DNA of 63,904 nucleotides, the filler included, from Rhizaria sp. SCN 62-66 (taxonomy: Eukaryota): assembly GCA_001724265.1 (NCBI GenBank). It is 3 parts of 3 records of this genome, joined end to end, with 100 filler letters (N's around TTAATTAATTAA, not from the genome) between each part and the next. Parts side by side here need not be neighbours in the genome. Positions count along the whole stretch, not along the records: positions 1 to 18,294 come from MEDY01000477.1; 2 more parts are not named here. The stretch is one strand, 5' to 3'. The notes beneath the pieces were generated by a model. The model was not told the DNA's origin and searched no databases. It worked only from the letters and a program-made list of their open reading frames with translations. Of the stretch, positions 1 through 11,214 are shown one piece after another. Every line of letters starts with the position of its first letter. The first letter of the stretch is position 1. The translations under genes and the position numbers were made by a program.

Positions 1-982
1 GTTGTGCACGAACTCAAACACAATTTTACGACATACCTATCAAGATTTCGTCAATAACAGCAAACGGCCCAATTCGCGACCCCCGTGTCACCGTGGTCAC
101 CGAGTTGTCACGCACGAGTCGGGATAAAACATGTCTCATATCTATGAATTAAATACATACCGAGGTCATAACAACAAATATGAATATGAATGATCAGACT
201 ATGTATTTTTCGTTGAAATTTGAGTTCAGAGGGCATTACAGTATGCCGCAATAAGCGCGCAGAATGAAAAGAAGAACGGGCGCATACAACCAACAACATC
301 AACGACTCAAAATACAAAGCCAAGAGTCTGCGTGAACAGATGTAGATAGATAAGCGTGCTTACTAGAATGCATACTCGTAAATAAAAGTTCCTCAAGCAA
401 CATCACAAATCACCAAACAAAGTTAGACACCGAGCTGGAATGTTCACTATTGGTCATAGTGGAGCCATGACAGTGAGAAGGTCTGTGACAGTATATTGTT
501 GATGTAGTGGCAACTGGAACTGACTGTACAGATTGATAGTGACCGCTGTAGTGGCCGTTGCTACGTAGACGGGTGTGACAATTCATATCACCACCCACTG
601 AGTAAAAAGACCTAGTTAAAACAAGTAATGTTAGTTCATACCTTAGAGCGCGTACGGGATTCAAGTACGCTAATCTCTGTTAAAAAGCACAGTATACAGC
701 AGATGCACAGCGCAACACTTTTTACTCTCGTGTTGCTCTTGCTATTGTAGTTGTAGTGGGTAGCAATGTCCACTCCATCCGAGTCCACAAAGAGCGCGGC
801 TGCGAGCATTACCAATGACTATGGGCGCACACAGCGTGCAGCTGCGAGCAGTAAGTCAAGCGCAGCAGCAGCGACATACCGGCGCACCGAGCGCTCACGC
901 ACGAGCCACCACTGCGCAGACACTGCGCATGCACACCACTCACTCACACGTGTGTGTGGTTGCGCGCTGCAGTCGCACGCGC

Positions 983-1411
983 TCAGGGTGCGGACCAGAG
1001 CGACTTGAGGGGGTGCGCCATGAGCGAGTCAACCATCATGACGCCCATGTGGAAGGCGAGCGCGAGGAAGATGAACCCGTAGCCGATGAGCTTGACGGTG
1101 TAGAAGCGCGTCTTGGCGTCGCGGAACTTGGTCTTGTGTGCGTCCTGAGGCGACACGGGATCGCCGTCTTGGAAGTGCTTAATGGCGTGCCAGCAGCCAA
1201 CCTGAAGCAGGATGATGCCAAACCAGAGGTAGCCGCCGAGCACGAGCCCCAGGGAGAGGCACAGCTGGGAGAGCCACTCGATCAGGATGGCCTGGTTGAG
1301 GCGGCGGCAGAAGTCGAGCGTGTTGTCGGGGATCGTCATCTCCGAGACGACGTACAGAGTCGCGCAAAAAACCCAGACAATGCCGGAAATCAGCATAAAC
1401 TGCACAAGCAT
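983..1411 (-). CDS. Cornichon-family-like membrane protein (ER cargo receptor), 142 aa
   Basis: Three hydrophobic segments. DFCRRLN..ILIEW and the C-terminal KL..Y...F pattern resemble cornichon/Erv14. Ends TGA. A possible acceptor (CAG 1425-1423) lies just upstream, so a 5' exon cannot be excluded. Confidence 0.65.
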   Translation of the reverse strand: MLVQFMLISGIVWVFCATLYVVSEMTIPDNTLDFCRRLNQAILIEWLSQLCLSLGLVLGGYLWFGIILLQVGCWHAIKHFQDGDPVSPQDAHKTKFRDAKTRFYTVKLIGYGFIFLALAFHMGVMMVDSLMAHPLKSLWSAP

Positions 1412-2552
1412 GGCAGAGAAACCTGCGATAGAGGAGATGGTAGGGCACCAGGGAGAGCAAAAAAGAACGAGTTAAAAGTTGAAGTGTGACAAAGCAGGTG
1501 AGCGAGGGTTGACTGGCGGAGTCGGGCAGGAGCGGGAAAGCGAAAAATAGAAGTCACGGTAACTTGCAATGCAAGCTCTGTGTAGTCGTCTGTTTCACTA
1601 GCCCACTCAGCTTCATCTTAAGTGACGGCAGCTTAGATCCCAGCAACTGACAATTCCAGATCCCACGCCGCTTCCATGATGAAGTTAAGGTCCTCCTGCT
1701 GCAGAATAAAGACCATGCTGACGGCTTTAACCATCATAGACACTAAATCCCCCCAAATTGCACTGTCTGACAGCAGAATACTAGCACACCAGAACGAAGG
1801 CGCTCATACGTAGTGCAAGTCGCCCTTTCGCGCGATGAGCCACATCGGTCGAGTCGCCTGGGGCCGATGGGATAAAATGCAGACGAAGATCGCAATGCGG
1901 AGTTGCGTAAAATTAAGAGAATATATTTCGCCACTATTGCACTTCTGATATCGAGTTCGCATTCAAACAAACGATGACTGCACGGCAGCGTCGTTCCTCT
2001 GCGTTGGACCAGCATGGGCTGCGTTGCCGACGAGTGGCGCCCCACACCCTCCACGGTCTCGCGGTCCGACCGTGGCTGCTTGCTAATGCAAGCAAGAAAA
2101 ACCAGAGTCGAGGACCAGCTCGGCCGTGCTGCAATTGACGATAACACCGTCTATACATCTTTATCAAGATTATCAATGCAATTTATCGGTTGAATATATG
2201 TTGATTTGTGTTATATTTTAATGATTCTTTGTATGGCAATGATTTGTTTGAGGAGATCTTGACTTTTCAGACTTCGTTCCTCCGCGCTTGTTCCCACTTG
2301 AAGAGTAGTTCTTCTTTCGATTCGATCAACACTGAGACCGTCATCTTTAAGTCTGAACTTTTATTGCTATAACTAGTAGCATTGATTTAATATTGAAGAA
2401 TCTCAGTTTCGTGTTTAAGTTCAACCTTTCAACGCAACAGTCATTTAGAACGCCTGCTCACTTCCCCCCATTATCTCGCTTCTCTGAACATTCTACTTTC
2501 ACGTTATGCTCTGCCTTCCAATGCTTTCCTTCGAGCTTAGCATTGCAGTCAG

Positions 2553-3410
2553 ATGATTAAGTCTAACCGCGCCGTGCCTGTCTGGTACAACTACATTTTC
2601 AACGTCGGTCTCGCCCTCTGGTCACTCGCCATGATCGGCATCGGCGGCTACCTCGTCAACAGCAATCACTCCACGCTCTCCATCGTCTTCCTCTCCATCA
2701 GCTGCTTCTACGCCGTCACCGCCTTCCTTGGCCTAGGCCTCCGCCACATGTTTGGCCGCGCTGGTTTCCCCATCTGGATCACCTGCCTCGGTCTCATGAC
2801 AATCTTCCAGGTCCGTCGGCACTCTCAGTGCAGAGTCACTGTTCTCCAAGAGATATTGCGACTTTTCATGCAATGACCTTCAGGCGTCTCAAGTGATGTT
2901 GGTTTAACCCATCTAAATACGTCCATCCCTTGAGTTCTATTGTGTCAGAGCCCACATTTCATTTCAGTAGCTCATTCATCATCTTTGTATATCTTTACTT
3001 TTCACTCTAATTCACAGGCCGTAATCATCGCGCTCTTCGCGGCGCGCCAGTACCAGTCGCACGCAAAGGTGAACCGCATGGACCGCCACGGCACCGATTC
3101 CCCGAAGCTGTCTACGTTCCTGCGCAACAACCACGAGGCGCTGCTGGGCGTGCTGGGCACTGGGCTGGGGCTCATGGTGCTTGACTTCATCGCCGCGGTC
3201 TGGATGAAGATGCCCAACGACGCGTACAACGCCAACAAGGCCGGCAACGTGCGCAACATCAACGTCATGCCCTCGCACTATAACGCCGGCGCTGGCGCGC
3301 ACAGCAATGAGCTGCCGGTGTACGCGGACAACGTGAACATCCGCGTCAACAAGGACGGCGCAGTCAACATGGCGTCGGCGCGCCGCGGACAGGACGAGAT
3401 CATGATCTAA
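2553..3410 (+). CDS. Four-TM membrane protein with tetraspanin-like topology (no CCG motif); exons 2553-2810, 3018-3410
   Basis: GC3-rich exons joined in phase 0 by an intron (GTCCGT 2811 ... CACAG 3017). Three N-terminal hydrophobic helices, a loop, a fourth helix and a tail. Ends TAA. Confidence 0.7.
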
Positions 3411-4616
3411 AACATCCGCAGTTCTCACTGTATTCAAGCCCAAGTATCCGTGGGTAGAAACACGAACAAGTCTAAGTGCCCTGTCTGTGTTATTACACTG
3501 TGCTTGTTCGTACTCATGTGAACGCGGTGTCTTGCGTGCAATCAGACTGGCTTGTTTGCGAATCGTTTGTTGAATGTTGCTCGTTCCCGTTTGTTTATAA
3601 AGATGAAAAGTAACGATTTTGACATGATGTTCAGGCGTGATTGTTTAGAATGTAAGGGGGACGCAATGTGCTTTAATTTACGACATAGCATGTCAATACA
3701 AACACGTGATTACTATACTGATTTAGCATGTGTCAACGACAAATGGCTTGAGTTATTCCTAGCCGCATGTGTGAGCCGCGAGTGCCTGACCACTTTCTGT
3801 ACAAAGTTTAACCTAACAGAGCTATTTTCCGTTCAATTTCTAACACAAAGAATGCACAGCGAGAGCGTGTACAGAGGAAGTTGTATTTTGTCTTTGTCTT
3901 TTGTCTTCGAATTTTTCGCTCAGGATGCAAATATAAATGCCGAAATATAACACATACAATGTATGCTGAAAGTAATTAGCAACACATAACTACAGAAGCA
4001 CTCGCAAACATCATCAAGGCATCAAGGCGTGGATTACCGCAACGGCATGTTTCGCATTCGTACATTGTTTGTGCTTTTGACTGCTTTTGTCATTGTTGCT
4101 GCAGCAATTGCTATTATTGGGGGCAAGAAAATAAGAGTGCTCTTAATGGTTAATACATTATGAAACAAGAGATACGTATTACGAAAGCTATAAACAGCAG
4201 ACAGGCGGTCAACCAGAAAAGAGTTGTAGATAAACAGAAACATACAGCGCTAAGAAACAGTCAAAAATAAGAAATATATCACTTGCACACACAAGCACGC
4301 AGTGACAACAGGTAGCTACTAACAGTGATAGCAAACAACTATTGCGAACAAAAAATATTCAAACCATAAGTGAGTAGAAGTTGTAAATGTGTTGCTCACA
4401 ATAGTTCCACAGCATCTTACTCTCTTCTTCGGGACTGACATCTTGCTTTTTCTCGTTTCGCATAAGGCCTGCTTCATTAATAGTATTGTTCGTGTTACTA
4501 TATGATGGTTTAGTTGTGTGAGTTTTCACTTATGGTTCAGTGCTACTTCAGTCCTCGTTCAGTCAAGGCTTAGTTCTGGTGCACTGTACGCGTTATTCAA
4601 GCGTCGTTGTGTTGGC

Positions 4617-7600
4617 TCAGTACTGGTACTTGCTGCCGGGGAGTCCCGCGGCGTCGGTGTTGCGCACGATGGCCTCCTTGACGCGCCGCTTGACGTCCTC
4701 CTCGCCCTGCGGGCTATCCATGTCACGCACGAACGACGCGCCGCGCAGCTTCACGGGGCCTACCGCCGCGCCGTTGCCGCTAGCGCCGCGCTCGCCGTCG
4801 CTGCCGTCGCACTCGGGGGAGTTGCTGGCGTCGTCGCCGTCGTTGTCGCTGCCGCTGCCGCAGCCGCGCGCGCGGGGCTGCTTGTCGCGCGACCGCGACG
4901 GCGTGCCGCTCACCGCAGCCCGACTGCCGCTGTTGGAGACGGCACTGGAGCACAGCGCGACCGAGGGCGGCGCGGGCAGCGTGATCACCTCGGGCGCGCC
5001 GGGCTTCACCGGCGACGCAGGAGTAGCGGCAGCAGCTGTGCCGTTGGAGCTAGAGTTGGAGCTGCTGGCGCTCTTGACCGGCGTCGCGCACACACCATTA
5101 CCGTTGCCGTTGCCGTTGCCGTTGGCTGCGGGCTGGCCGCGACTGGGGCTGGCAGCGCCGAGCACGGGCGAGTCGTGCGTGGACCCGTTGACCGAGACGG
5201 CGGCGAACTCGGCCGAGAAGTCCGCCACCCCGCCCAGCGCGGCGACCGCGGCGGCGGCCTCGGCCTCGGCCTGTCGGGCCACGGCGGCGACCTGCGCCTC
5301 GGTCTGCGCCTCCGAGAGGCCGGCCCGGGCGGCGGCGACGCGTGCGCGCACGACGGCCTCAGCGGCGCGCGCGGCCGCCAGCGCCTGCGCGGGGACGGCG
5401 GCGGGGACGGCGGCGCCCAGCAGCTCGGGGCAGCGCGCGGAGCCGTCGGCGAGCGCCTGCGTGGCTACCGCGAGGTCGTAGAAGGTCTCCCGCGGCAGCA
5501 CCGAGTCGTGCTTGTACGCCGCGTGCTTCGCCACGAACTGGCGCTGCCACGCGGCGCCCGTGAGGAGCTCGCCACGCGCGCGCGCCTCGACGAGCGCGAG
5601 GTAGCCGTCGACCACGGAGCGCGTCAGCGGGTCGCACTTGATCACGTCGAGGTAGTAGCGCACCAGCGGCGCGAGACCGGGGAAACAGGGCGGCTTGCCG
5701 CAGATGACCTCGGCCATGGTCATCTCGTCCAGGTAACCGCGCGACATCATCTCGCCGCACTCGGGCGTCCCTGCCGCGGCAAGCTCAGCGTCGGCACTCT
5801 TCGCGCTCGCACTAGCATTCGCAATCGACTCACTAGAGGTGGCGTCGCTGGCGCTGGCATCGGTGTTGCTGTCGGTGTCCTGCATGAACATCGAGAGCTT
5901 GGCCCAAGACGCAGCAACCAGAGCAGGGTTGCTGCTCTCCCACTCAGGCACAGAGCCAGAGCTGCCGCCGTTGCCGTTGCCATTACCGCCGCAGCCAGTC
6001 TTGCCGTTGCCGTTGCCGTTGCAGCCCGTGGTACGCGCGGCGGCGGCGGCGGCGGCGGCGGCAGGGCACGATCGGACAGAGCGCCGGAACCAGAACTTCT
6101 GGCCGCGAACGGCGTCGCGCTTGTGCGCGCGCCTGAAGTTGTCCTCGACCTTGGACATCGGCACGTAGAAGTTGAGGTCAAAGAAGGAGATGGCGCGCGT
6201 GAGCAGCGCGATGAAGACCGTGAAGGCCGCGTTCTCGTAGTCGGTGAGCTGGACCTCCATGGTGCGGAACTCGACACGCCAGCCGATGGGCGCGTTGGCC
6301 GGCGGCGGCTTGAAGCGGACAGAGCGCCAATTGGTGGACTGGATGCTCTCGAAGTGGTCCGTGCTCAGCGCGTCGTCCTGCAGGATCTTGCCCTGAAACA
6401 TCACCAGCGGGTCGCGCACGAACAGACTCGCCGTGTGCTTCGCGAGCAAGCAGTCGACCCCGGCCCGGCGCAGGCGCGCGTACGCCGCGGCGTCGAACTT
6501 GAACGGCAGGTCGTTGTACTCGTCGCGGTAGTGAGCGTCGCGCGCAATGTAGCAGTCGACGCTGCTGTAGCGCGACTTAGCGATTGGTCCGTAGGGGGGC
6601 GCCGCGCACACGCCCACCGTCGGGTGCTCGTCGGGCGGACACTTGGAGCACGGCCCGCTACTGGCGGTGCTGAGATTGCTGGGGCTCGTGGCGAGAGGCA
6701 TGTTGTGGGGGTCAGCGTTGTCGTGCTTGATGGCGTCGTTAATCGTGTCCTCGGTGTCGCTAGGCAGGTCCGTGCCGACGTAGTCAAGCTCCTGATCACT
6801 CTCTTCAAAGTCCTCATCCTCCTCGTCAATAGCGGCGGTGGCGGCGGCAGCGGCGGCGGCGACGGCCGTGAGGGGCGCGTTGGCCTCCAGGTCGGCGGCG
6901 CCGAGCACGGAGCCCAGACTGGGCATGCCGACGCCCTTGCTATCCGCGGCGTCGGCCCGCGGAGACAGCGGCGGCGCAGGTGTAACCCCTGCGGCAGCGG
7001 CGTCGGCGGCCGAGGCGAAGGGGGACAGGCCGCGCTCTTCGTCGGTGCGGTCGTCGACCGAGGCCGAGATGGTGTCCCAGCGCACGTCCGTGTCGACGAT
7101 GCGCCCGCGGTGGAACGGCGTGTTGGCCGTCAGCGCGAGGAAGACGGGAGCCAGCACGGCGAGCTGGTCGTACAGAGTGCGCGCCTCGTTCAGCGAGCGC
7201 GTCTGGAACGTGACCTGCAGGCAGCAGCACCCCATGCCGAAGCCCATGGCGTCCATGTGCACCTCATCGTCGCGCGCGCGGAGCTCGGGCCGCTCGTCGC
7301 AGGCAGGGACATTGCCCGCCGCGGTGGCGAGGTCCGTCGCTGAGTCGATGAACAGAGGGTGTTTGATGTTGACGCGGCGGCCGCGGCGGCGGCGGATGTT
7401 GCCGCTGAGCGTCGCGAAGCGCGGGTGCGGCGCCATGATGCAGTCGGGCACGTAGGACGACTTGAGCACCGGCCCGTTGACCGTCGTACAGAGACCACCC
7501 GCTCCAGTACCAGCGGTGCCGACAGCGGTGCCGGCAGTCGCGGGGGCTGGAGCGGGCTGCAGGAGGTTCGACGTGGCGAAGTCGGTGGTGCCGAGCAGGG

Positions 7601-8156
7601 GGAAGTTGGTGAGCGTGCAGAAGCGCTCGTTGTCGCTCAGCGCGGCCGAGATAAGCGCGCGGCGCAGACGCATGTTGAGCTCGACCAGGCGCAGGTCCGA
7701 AGTGAAGCCGCCGTAGGGGAAGCCCGGCGTGGCTTCAACCATGAAGTTGCCGTACTCGGGGTGAAACGTCACGTTCCACTTGCTGCCGGTCACCAGCTCA
7801 GGCGCGGGGCCGTTTACAGCGCCCGCAGTCGAGTCAGCGGACTGAGCCAGAGCTTGAGACTGGGCGTGGGCCTGCTGGGCGGCCTCGAGAGAAGCGGCGG
7901 CGGCAGCGCTGCGGGCGTCGTCGAGGTGTTGCAGCACCTCGTGCGCGCGAAGCGCGATGCGGGCCGTGCGCGCGGCGGGGTCGAGCGCGATGAGAACGCC
8001 CTCGATTTCGTCGCCCCAAAGGAACTTGTCCTGCTCACGGTCCTTAAAGCGGCGCCAGATGTTGATGAACTGCAGGATGCCGTGCTTCTTCACGTAAGCC
8101 TTGTAGCGGCGCATTTCCTCCCACGTCATCGGCTTGCCGACAATGAGGAGACCCAT
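4617..8156 (-). CDS. GCLC: Glutamate-cysteine ligase catalytic subunit (animal/fungal type), 1179 aa, intronless
   Basis: Motifs MGLL..G.P..W, WGDEIE, HPEYGNFMVEATPG, HPRFATL, MDAMGFGMGCCCLQVTFQ, KSRYSS, HFESIQSTNW, GWRVEFR.MEVQLTDYENAA. Ends TGA. Confidence 0.97.
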   Translation of the reverse strand: MGLLIVGKPMTWEEMRRYKAYVKKHGILQFINIWRRFKDREQDKFLWGDEIEGVLIALDPAARTARIALRAHEVLQHLDDARSAAAAASLEAAQQAHAQSQALAQSADSTAGAVNGPAPELVTGSKWNVTFHPEYGNFMVEATPGFPYGGFTSDLRLVELNMRLRRALISAALSDNERFCTLTNFPLLGTTDFATSNLLQPAPAPATAGTAVGTAGTGAGGLCTTVNGPVLKSSYVPDCIMAPHPRFATLSGNIRRRRGRRVNIKHPLFIDSATDLATAAGNVPACDERPELRARDDEVHMDAMGFGMGCCCLQVTFQTRSLNEARTLYDQLAVLAPVFLALTANTPFHRGRIVDTDVRWDTISASVDDRTDEERGLSPFASAADAAAAGVTPAPPLSPRADAADSKGVGMPSLGSVLGAADLEANAPLTAVAAAAAAATAAIDEEDEDFEESDQELDYVGTDLPSDTEDTINDAIKHDNADPHNMPLATSPSNLSTASSGPCSKCPPDEHPTVGVCAAPPYGPIAKSRYSSVDCYIARDAHYRDEYNDLPFKFDAAAYARLRRAGVDCLLAKHTASLFVRDPLVMFQGKILQDDALSTDHFESIQSTNWRSVRFKPPPANAPIGWRVEFRTMEVQLTDYENAAFTVFIALLTRAISFFDLNFYVPMSKVEDNFRRAHKRDAVRGQKFWFRRSVRSCPAAAAAAAAARTTGCNGNGNGKTGCGGNGNGNGGSSGSVPEWESSNPALVAASWAKLSMFMQDTDSNTDASASDATSSESIANASASAKSADAELAAAGTPECGEMMSRGYLDEMTMAEVICGKPPCFPGLAPLVRYYLDVIKCDPLTRSVVDGYLALVEARARGELLTGAAWQRQFVAKHAAYKHDSVLPRETFYDLAVATQALADGSARCPELLGAAVPAAVPAQALAAARAAEAVVRARVAAARAGLSEAQTEAQVAAVARQAEAEAAAAVAALGGVADFSAEFAAVSVNGSTHDSPVLGAASPSRGQPAANGNGNGNGNGVCATPVKSASSSNSSSNGTAAAATPASPVKPGAPEVITLPAPPSVALCSSAVSNSGSRAAVSGTPSRSRDKQPRARGCGSGSDNDGDDASNSPECDGSDGERGASGNGAAVGPVKLRGASFVRDMDSPQGEEDVKRRVKEAIVRNTDAAGLPGSKYQY

Positions 8157-9581
8157 GGTGCTGGTGAACGAAACGCGGTGTCACGAAACACGACACAGTT
8201 TGTTAGAAGTTAGGGGAAGCTGGGAGTTGCAACGTCCCGGGGGGTTGAGAGAGGGGCAAGACGAGGGCGCGAGAAGTGGCCACAACTGATTCTTACACAA
8301 CGGGAGGGGGAAGCCTCAGGGCGGGGGCGCGGAAACGGGAGAGGTCCGCGCGCGGGAAGAAGGTGGAAGGGCTGCGGCGAGGCGTTTTGCAGGGCGAGTA
8401 ATGTGGGTGAGATACGGAGAGATAGACCACGGGTTTAGGTAGTATTTCGCAAATAAATAGCGACAAAAGACAGTTTAGTAAGTAATACTGCGCGCTCAGT
8501 TCAGTTGGCGGAGACTGTGACGCAGTGGAGCGTGCACGCTGAGACGGGTTGGGAAGAGAAAAACCACTCGCACGACCGAGATTTGCGTCCTGCTCCTGAC
8601 CACTAATGCATCGTTTTCACAGCAAAGATGCTCAGTGCAAGCAATGCATACCAGCCATACACACCACAAGAGGGATTTTTACGTCATCACAATCCTCATT
8701 TGCTCGCATATTGCGGTCGAGCAGGTGAGCCGAGGACGGCGTGAGGGCCCAGCCCTCGGTCCCCGCACGGCCCCACTCTCGCCCTGCTCGCGCCCTCGCG
8801 TTGAGGGGCTGAACGCGAACTTCGGCAGCGATGTACGCTCGCGAACAAAACCAAAACGCACCGGGATTGAACCGTCGAGATGCATCGACGCTTCCGTTGC
8901 CAGGTATGCACGCCATATCCGCCCGCCTTGCCATGCGCGGGCGAGGAGGCCAATCGAGGGAATGCGTTCGAGAAGGAACAGACGTCACCACTCGGCCACC
9001 AGTCGATCGATTGATCAGCTGTCTCAATCCGCAACCTCGCAGTGCGGGATGCTGTCAGCAGTTTACAAAATAATCAAAATGACACTATATATTGCACTTG
9101 AATATATGACATAATAGGTCTTTGTGATGATTAGTTGAGATCTTATTGATACATATCACTGTCAAATATCGCGTGCAGTCCTCTAAAATGCAGGACATAT
9201 CCTGCGTTTTTGGTGAGATAAAAAAGAAATCACATAGTCCGGGGAAAAATAACTCACAGAATAAAAAGTGTCCGAACGTGATTCGTCTTGATTTGCATGC
9301 AAACGCGTCAATGCTCAAAATTCCAGTCAGTTGTCGCAAAGGACGACTCCCAGAGGCGAACTTTGATTCAATGTTTGCTTCGCTTTGCAATGCGGAGGCA
9401 GAGTTTTTCGATTTAGCGAGAGACGCCAGCAAGAGCCGCCAGGACTTTTTGTGTTGTGACATGGTTTCTCCGACAGTGTGTTTTTAATTAAGTGTCCCAT
9501 GTTGAACTGACAACCTCACACCTATTTTCTATTTTCAAACTTGTACATGTTACTATCCCACACCTTAGCGCCTTCCCCCGC

Positions 9582-10937
9582 ATGAGCGCGTCCGCGTCTT
9601 CGCTCCCCGCGGAGCCCCAACCGATCCTCACCGTCCAGAACGAGCTCCCCGCGTGCCAAATCCTATCCTGGCCCTCCGAGACCGTTCCCAGCTCCGCGTT
9701 CTACGCCGTCGAGCACTGGGCGCCCAAGGCCAAGCTGATTACCTCGCGCGCGGAGCAGTTCGGCGCGGCCCGTCTTCCCGGCCACGGCCCCGCCAAGTTC
9801 ATCTTCTTCGCTCGGGTCGCCTTCCCTGCGCGCGACGCCGACACCGTGCCCGTCCCGGAGATGGACCGCAACGCGAACAAGCGCCGCTTCGGGCCCTGCT
9901 TCTTCGTCCCGCCCGCGGACCTGCCCCGCGGCGTCGAGCGGCTAGAGGAGGTTCCCCACGAGCTCCTCACCCACCTCCTTGGCGATATCAAGTGGCCCAA
10001 GATCCTCGCGCGCCGCAACGTCGCCACGCCCGTTACGCTGCCCGATGGCGCCGCGGCCTCGATCCCCATCTTGCCCTCGTATCTCTACGACGAGCGCGTC
10101 AAATACGAGCGCTGGAAGGTGACAATCCTGCAGTGGTGGGAAAACATCCGCAAGTACCGCATTCACAAGGCGCGCCTGATGCGCTGGCAGGACATCTTCC
10201 AGACCTTCCGCGGCGACTTCCCTTCGTTTCCCATCGAGGCGGGCACCGTGCGCCGCTTCTCCGCGCTGATCCAGACTTACGAGCGCGAGCTCGCCGCGGG
10301 CAGGAAGATGGCGATCGCCAACGACCTCGCGCCAGAGGATCAGCACCACCGCGCCGCCGCCGCCTCCACCGCCGCCGCGGCCACCGCCAAGAAGCCCGCC
10401 GCGGCCGCCGCCGCTGCCAAGCCCGCCGCCGCCGCTGCTGCAGCTGCTACCGCTGCTGTTAAGAGGACCGCTGCCGCCGCTGCTGATTCAAGCTCTGACT
10501 CTAGCTCTAGCTCTAGCTCCAGCTCCAGTGACACTGACAGTGGTGACAGCGACGACGAGGAGGAGGAGATCAAGCCCAAGGCTAAGAGGGCTGCCCCCGC
10601 CGCTGCCGCTGCTGCTGCTGCTCCTGCTGCTAAGAGGGCCGCCCCTGCTGATGCGGTTGCGCCTGTGAAGGGAAAGAAGGCCGCCGTCGCCAATGATAGT
10701 GACAGCGACTCTGATAGCGAGTCCAGTGAGAGCGAGAGCGATAAGAAGAGCAAGAGCAAGAAAGCTGCTGCTGCTGCTGCTGCTGTTGCTGCTCCGGCCG
10801 CTAAGAAGAAGGCAGCGGCCAAGGCTGTCGCGTCTGACTCCGATGACTCTGAGTCCGAGTCCGAGAGTGAGACTGAGAAGAAGAGCAAGAGCAAGGGCAA
10901 GAGCTCGAAGGCCATTGCTGCCTCTCGCAAGAAGTGA
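9582..10937 (+). CDS. Orphan protein (451 aa): unrecognised N-terminal domain plus Nopp140/Srp40-like alternating S/D/E and K/A tracts
   Basis: GC3-rich ORF from ATG 9582. The C-half alternates SDSDSES and KKAAAA blocks, with an internal duplication of the SESES-KKSKSK block. Ends TGA. Confidence 0.8.
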   Translation: MSASASSLPAEPQPILTVQNELPACQILSWPSETVPSSAFYAVEHWAPKAKLITSRAEQFGAARLPGHGPAKFIFFARVAFPARDADTVPVPEMDRNANKRRFGPCFFVPPADLPRGVERLEEVPHELLTHLLGDIKWPKILARRNVATPVTLPDGAAASIPILPSYLYDERVKYERWKVTILQWWENIRKYRIHKARLMRWQDIFQTFRGDFPSFPIEAGTVRRFSALIQTYERELAAGRKMAIANDLAPEDQHHRAAAASTAAAATAKKPAAAAAAAKPAAAAAAAATAAVKRTAAAAADSSSDSSSSSSSSSSDTDSGDSDDEEEEIKPKAKRAAPAAAAAAAAPAAKRAAPADAVAPVKGKKAAVANDSDSDSDSESSESESDKKSKSKKAAAAAAAVAAPAAKKKAAAKAVASDSDDSESESESETEKKSKSKGKSSKAIAASRKK

Positions 10938-11214
10938 GCGAGTCGACCTCATGACTTCCGCAGACTGTATCGAGAAGAATTTTATCTAGGGCCGCAGGGC
11001 TGAACAAAGGGCCTTTGCCTGTTTTCATATTTACTACACGAATACATAACACATTTGAATCACTAAATAAACACACTTTATTGAAAATACTATACCTAAT
11101 CATAATATCGAGTCGTAAAACACACTCTCTACGTCACATAATCTCGGCCCGATAGGCTCACACTTGTGCACGAAACAACGAGGGTCTTTGAATATCACGA
11201 TTTCGTCTCATGTT

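Noticed and set aside
1635-2176. Short minus-strand ORFs between cornichon and the 4-TM gene
   Set aside because: Stops in all frames and no recognisable domain. At most a decayed fragment.
4518-7343. 941-aa plus-strand ORF and the many other long overlapping ORFs over GC-rich genes
   Set aside because: Antisense or alternative-frame shadows of real genes (here GCLC), caused by GC-rich codon bias. No motifs of their own.
8632-9114. Moderately GC-rich patch with several overlapping ORFs
   Set aside because: No motifs or consistent codon bias in any frame.
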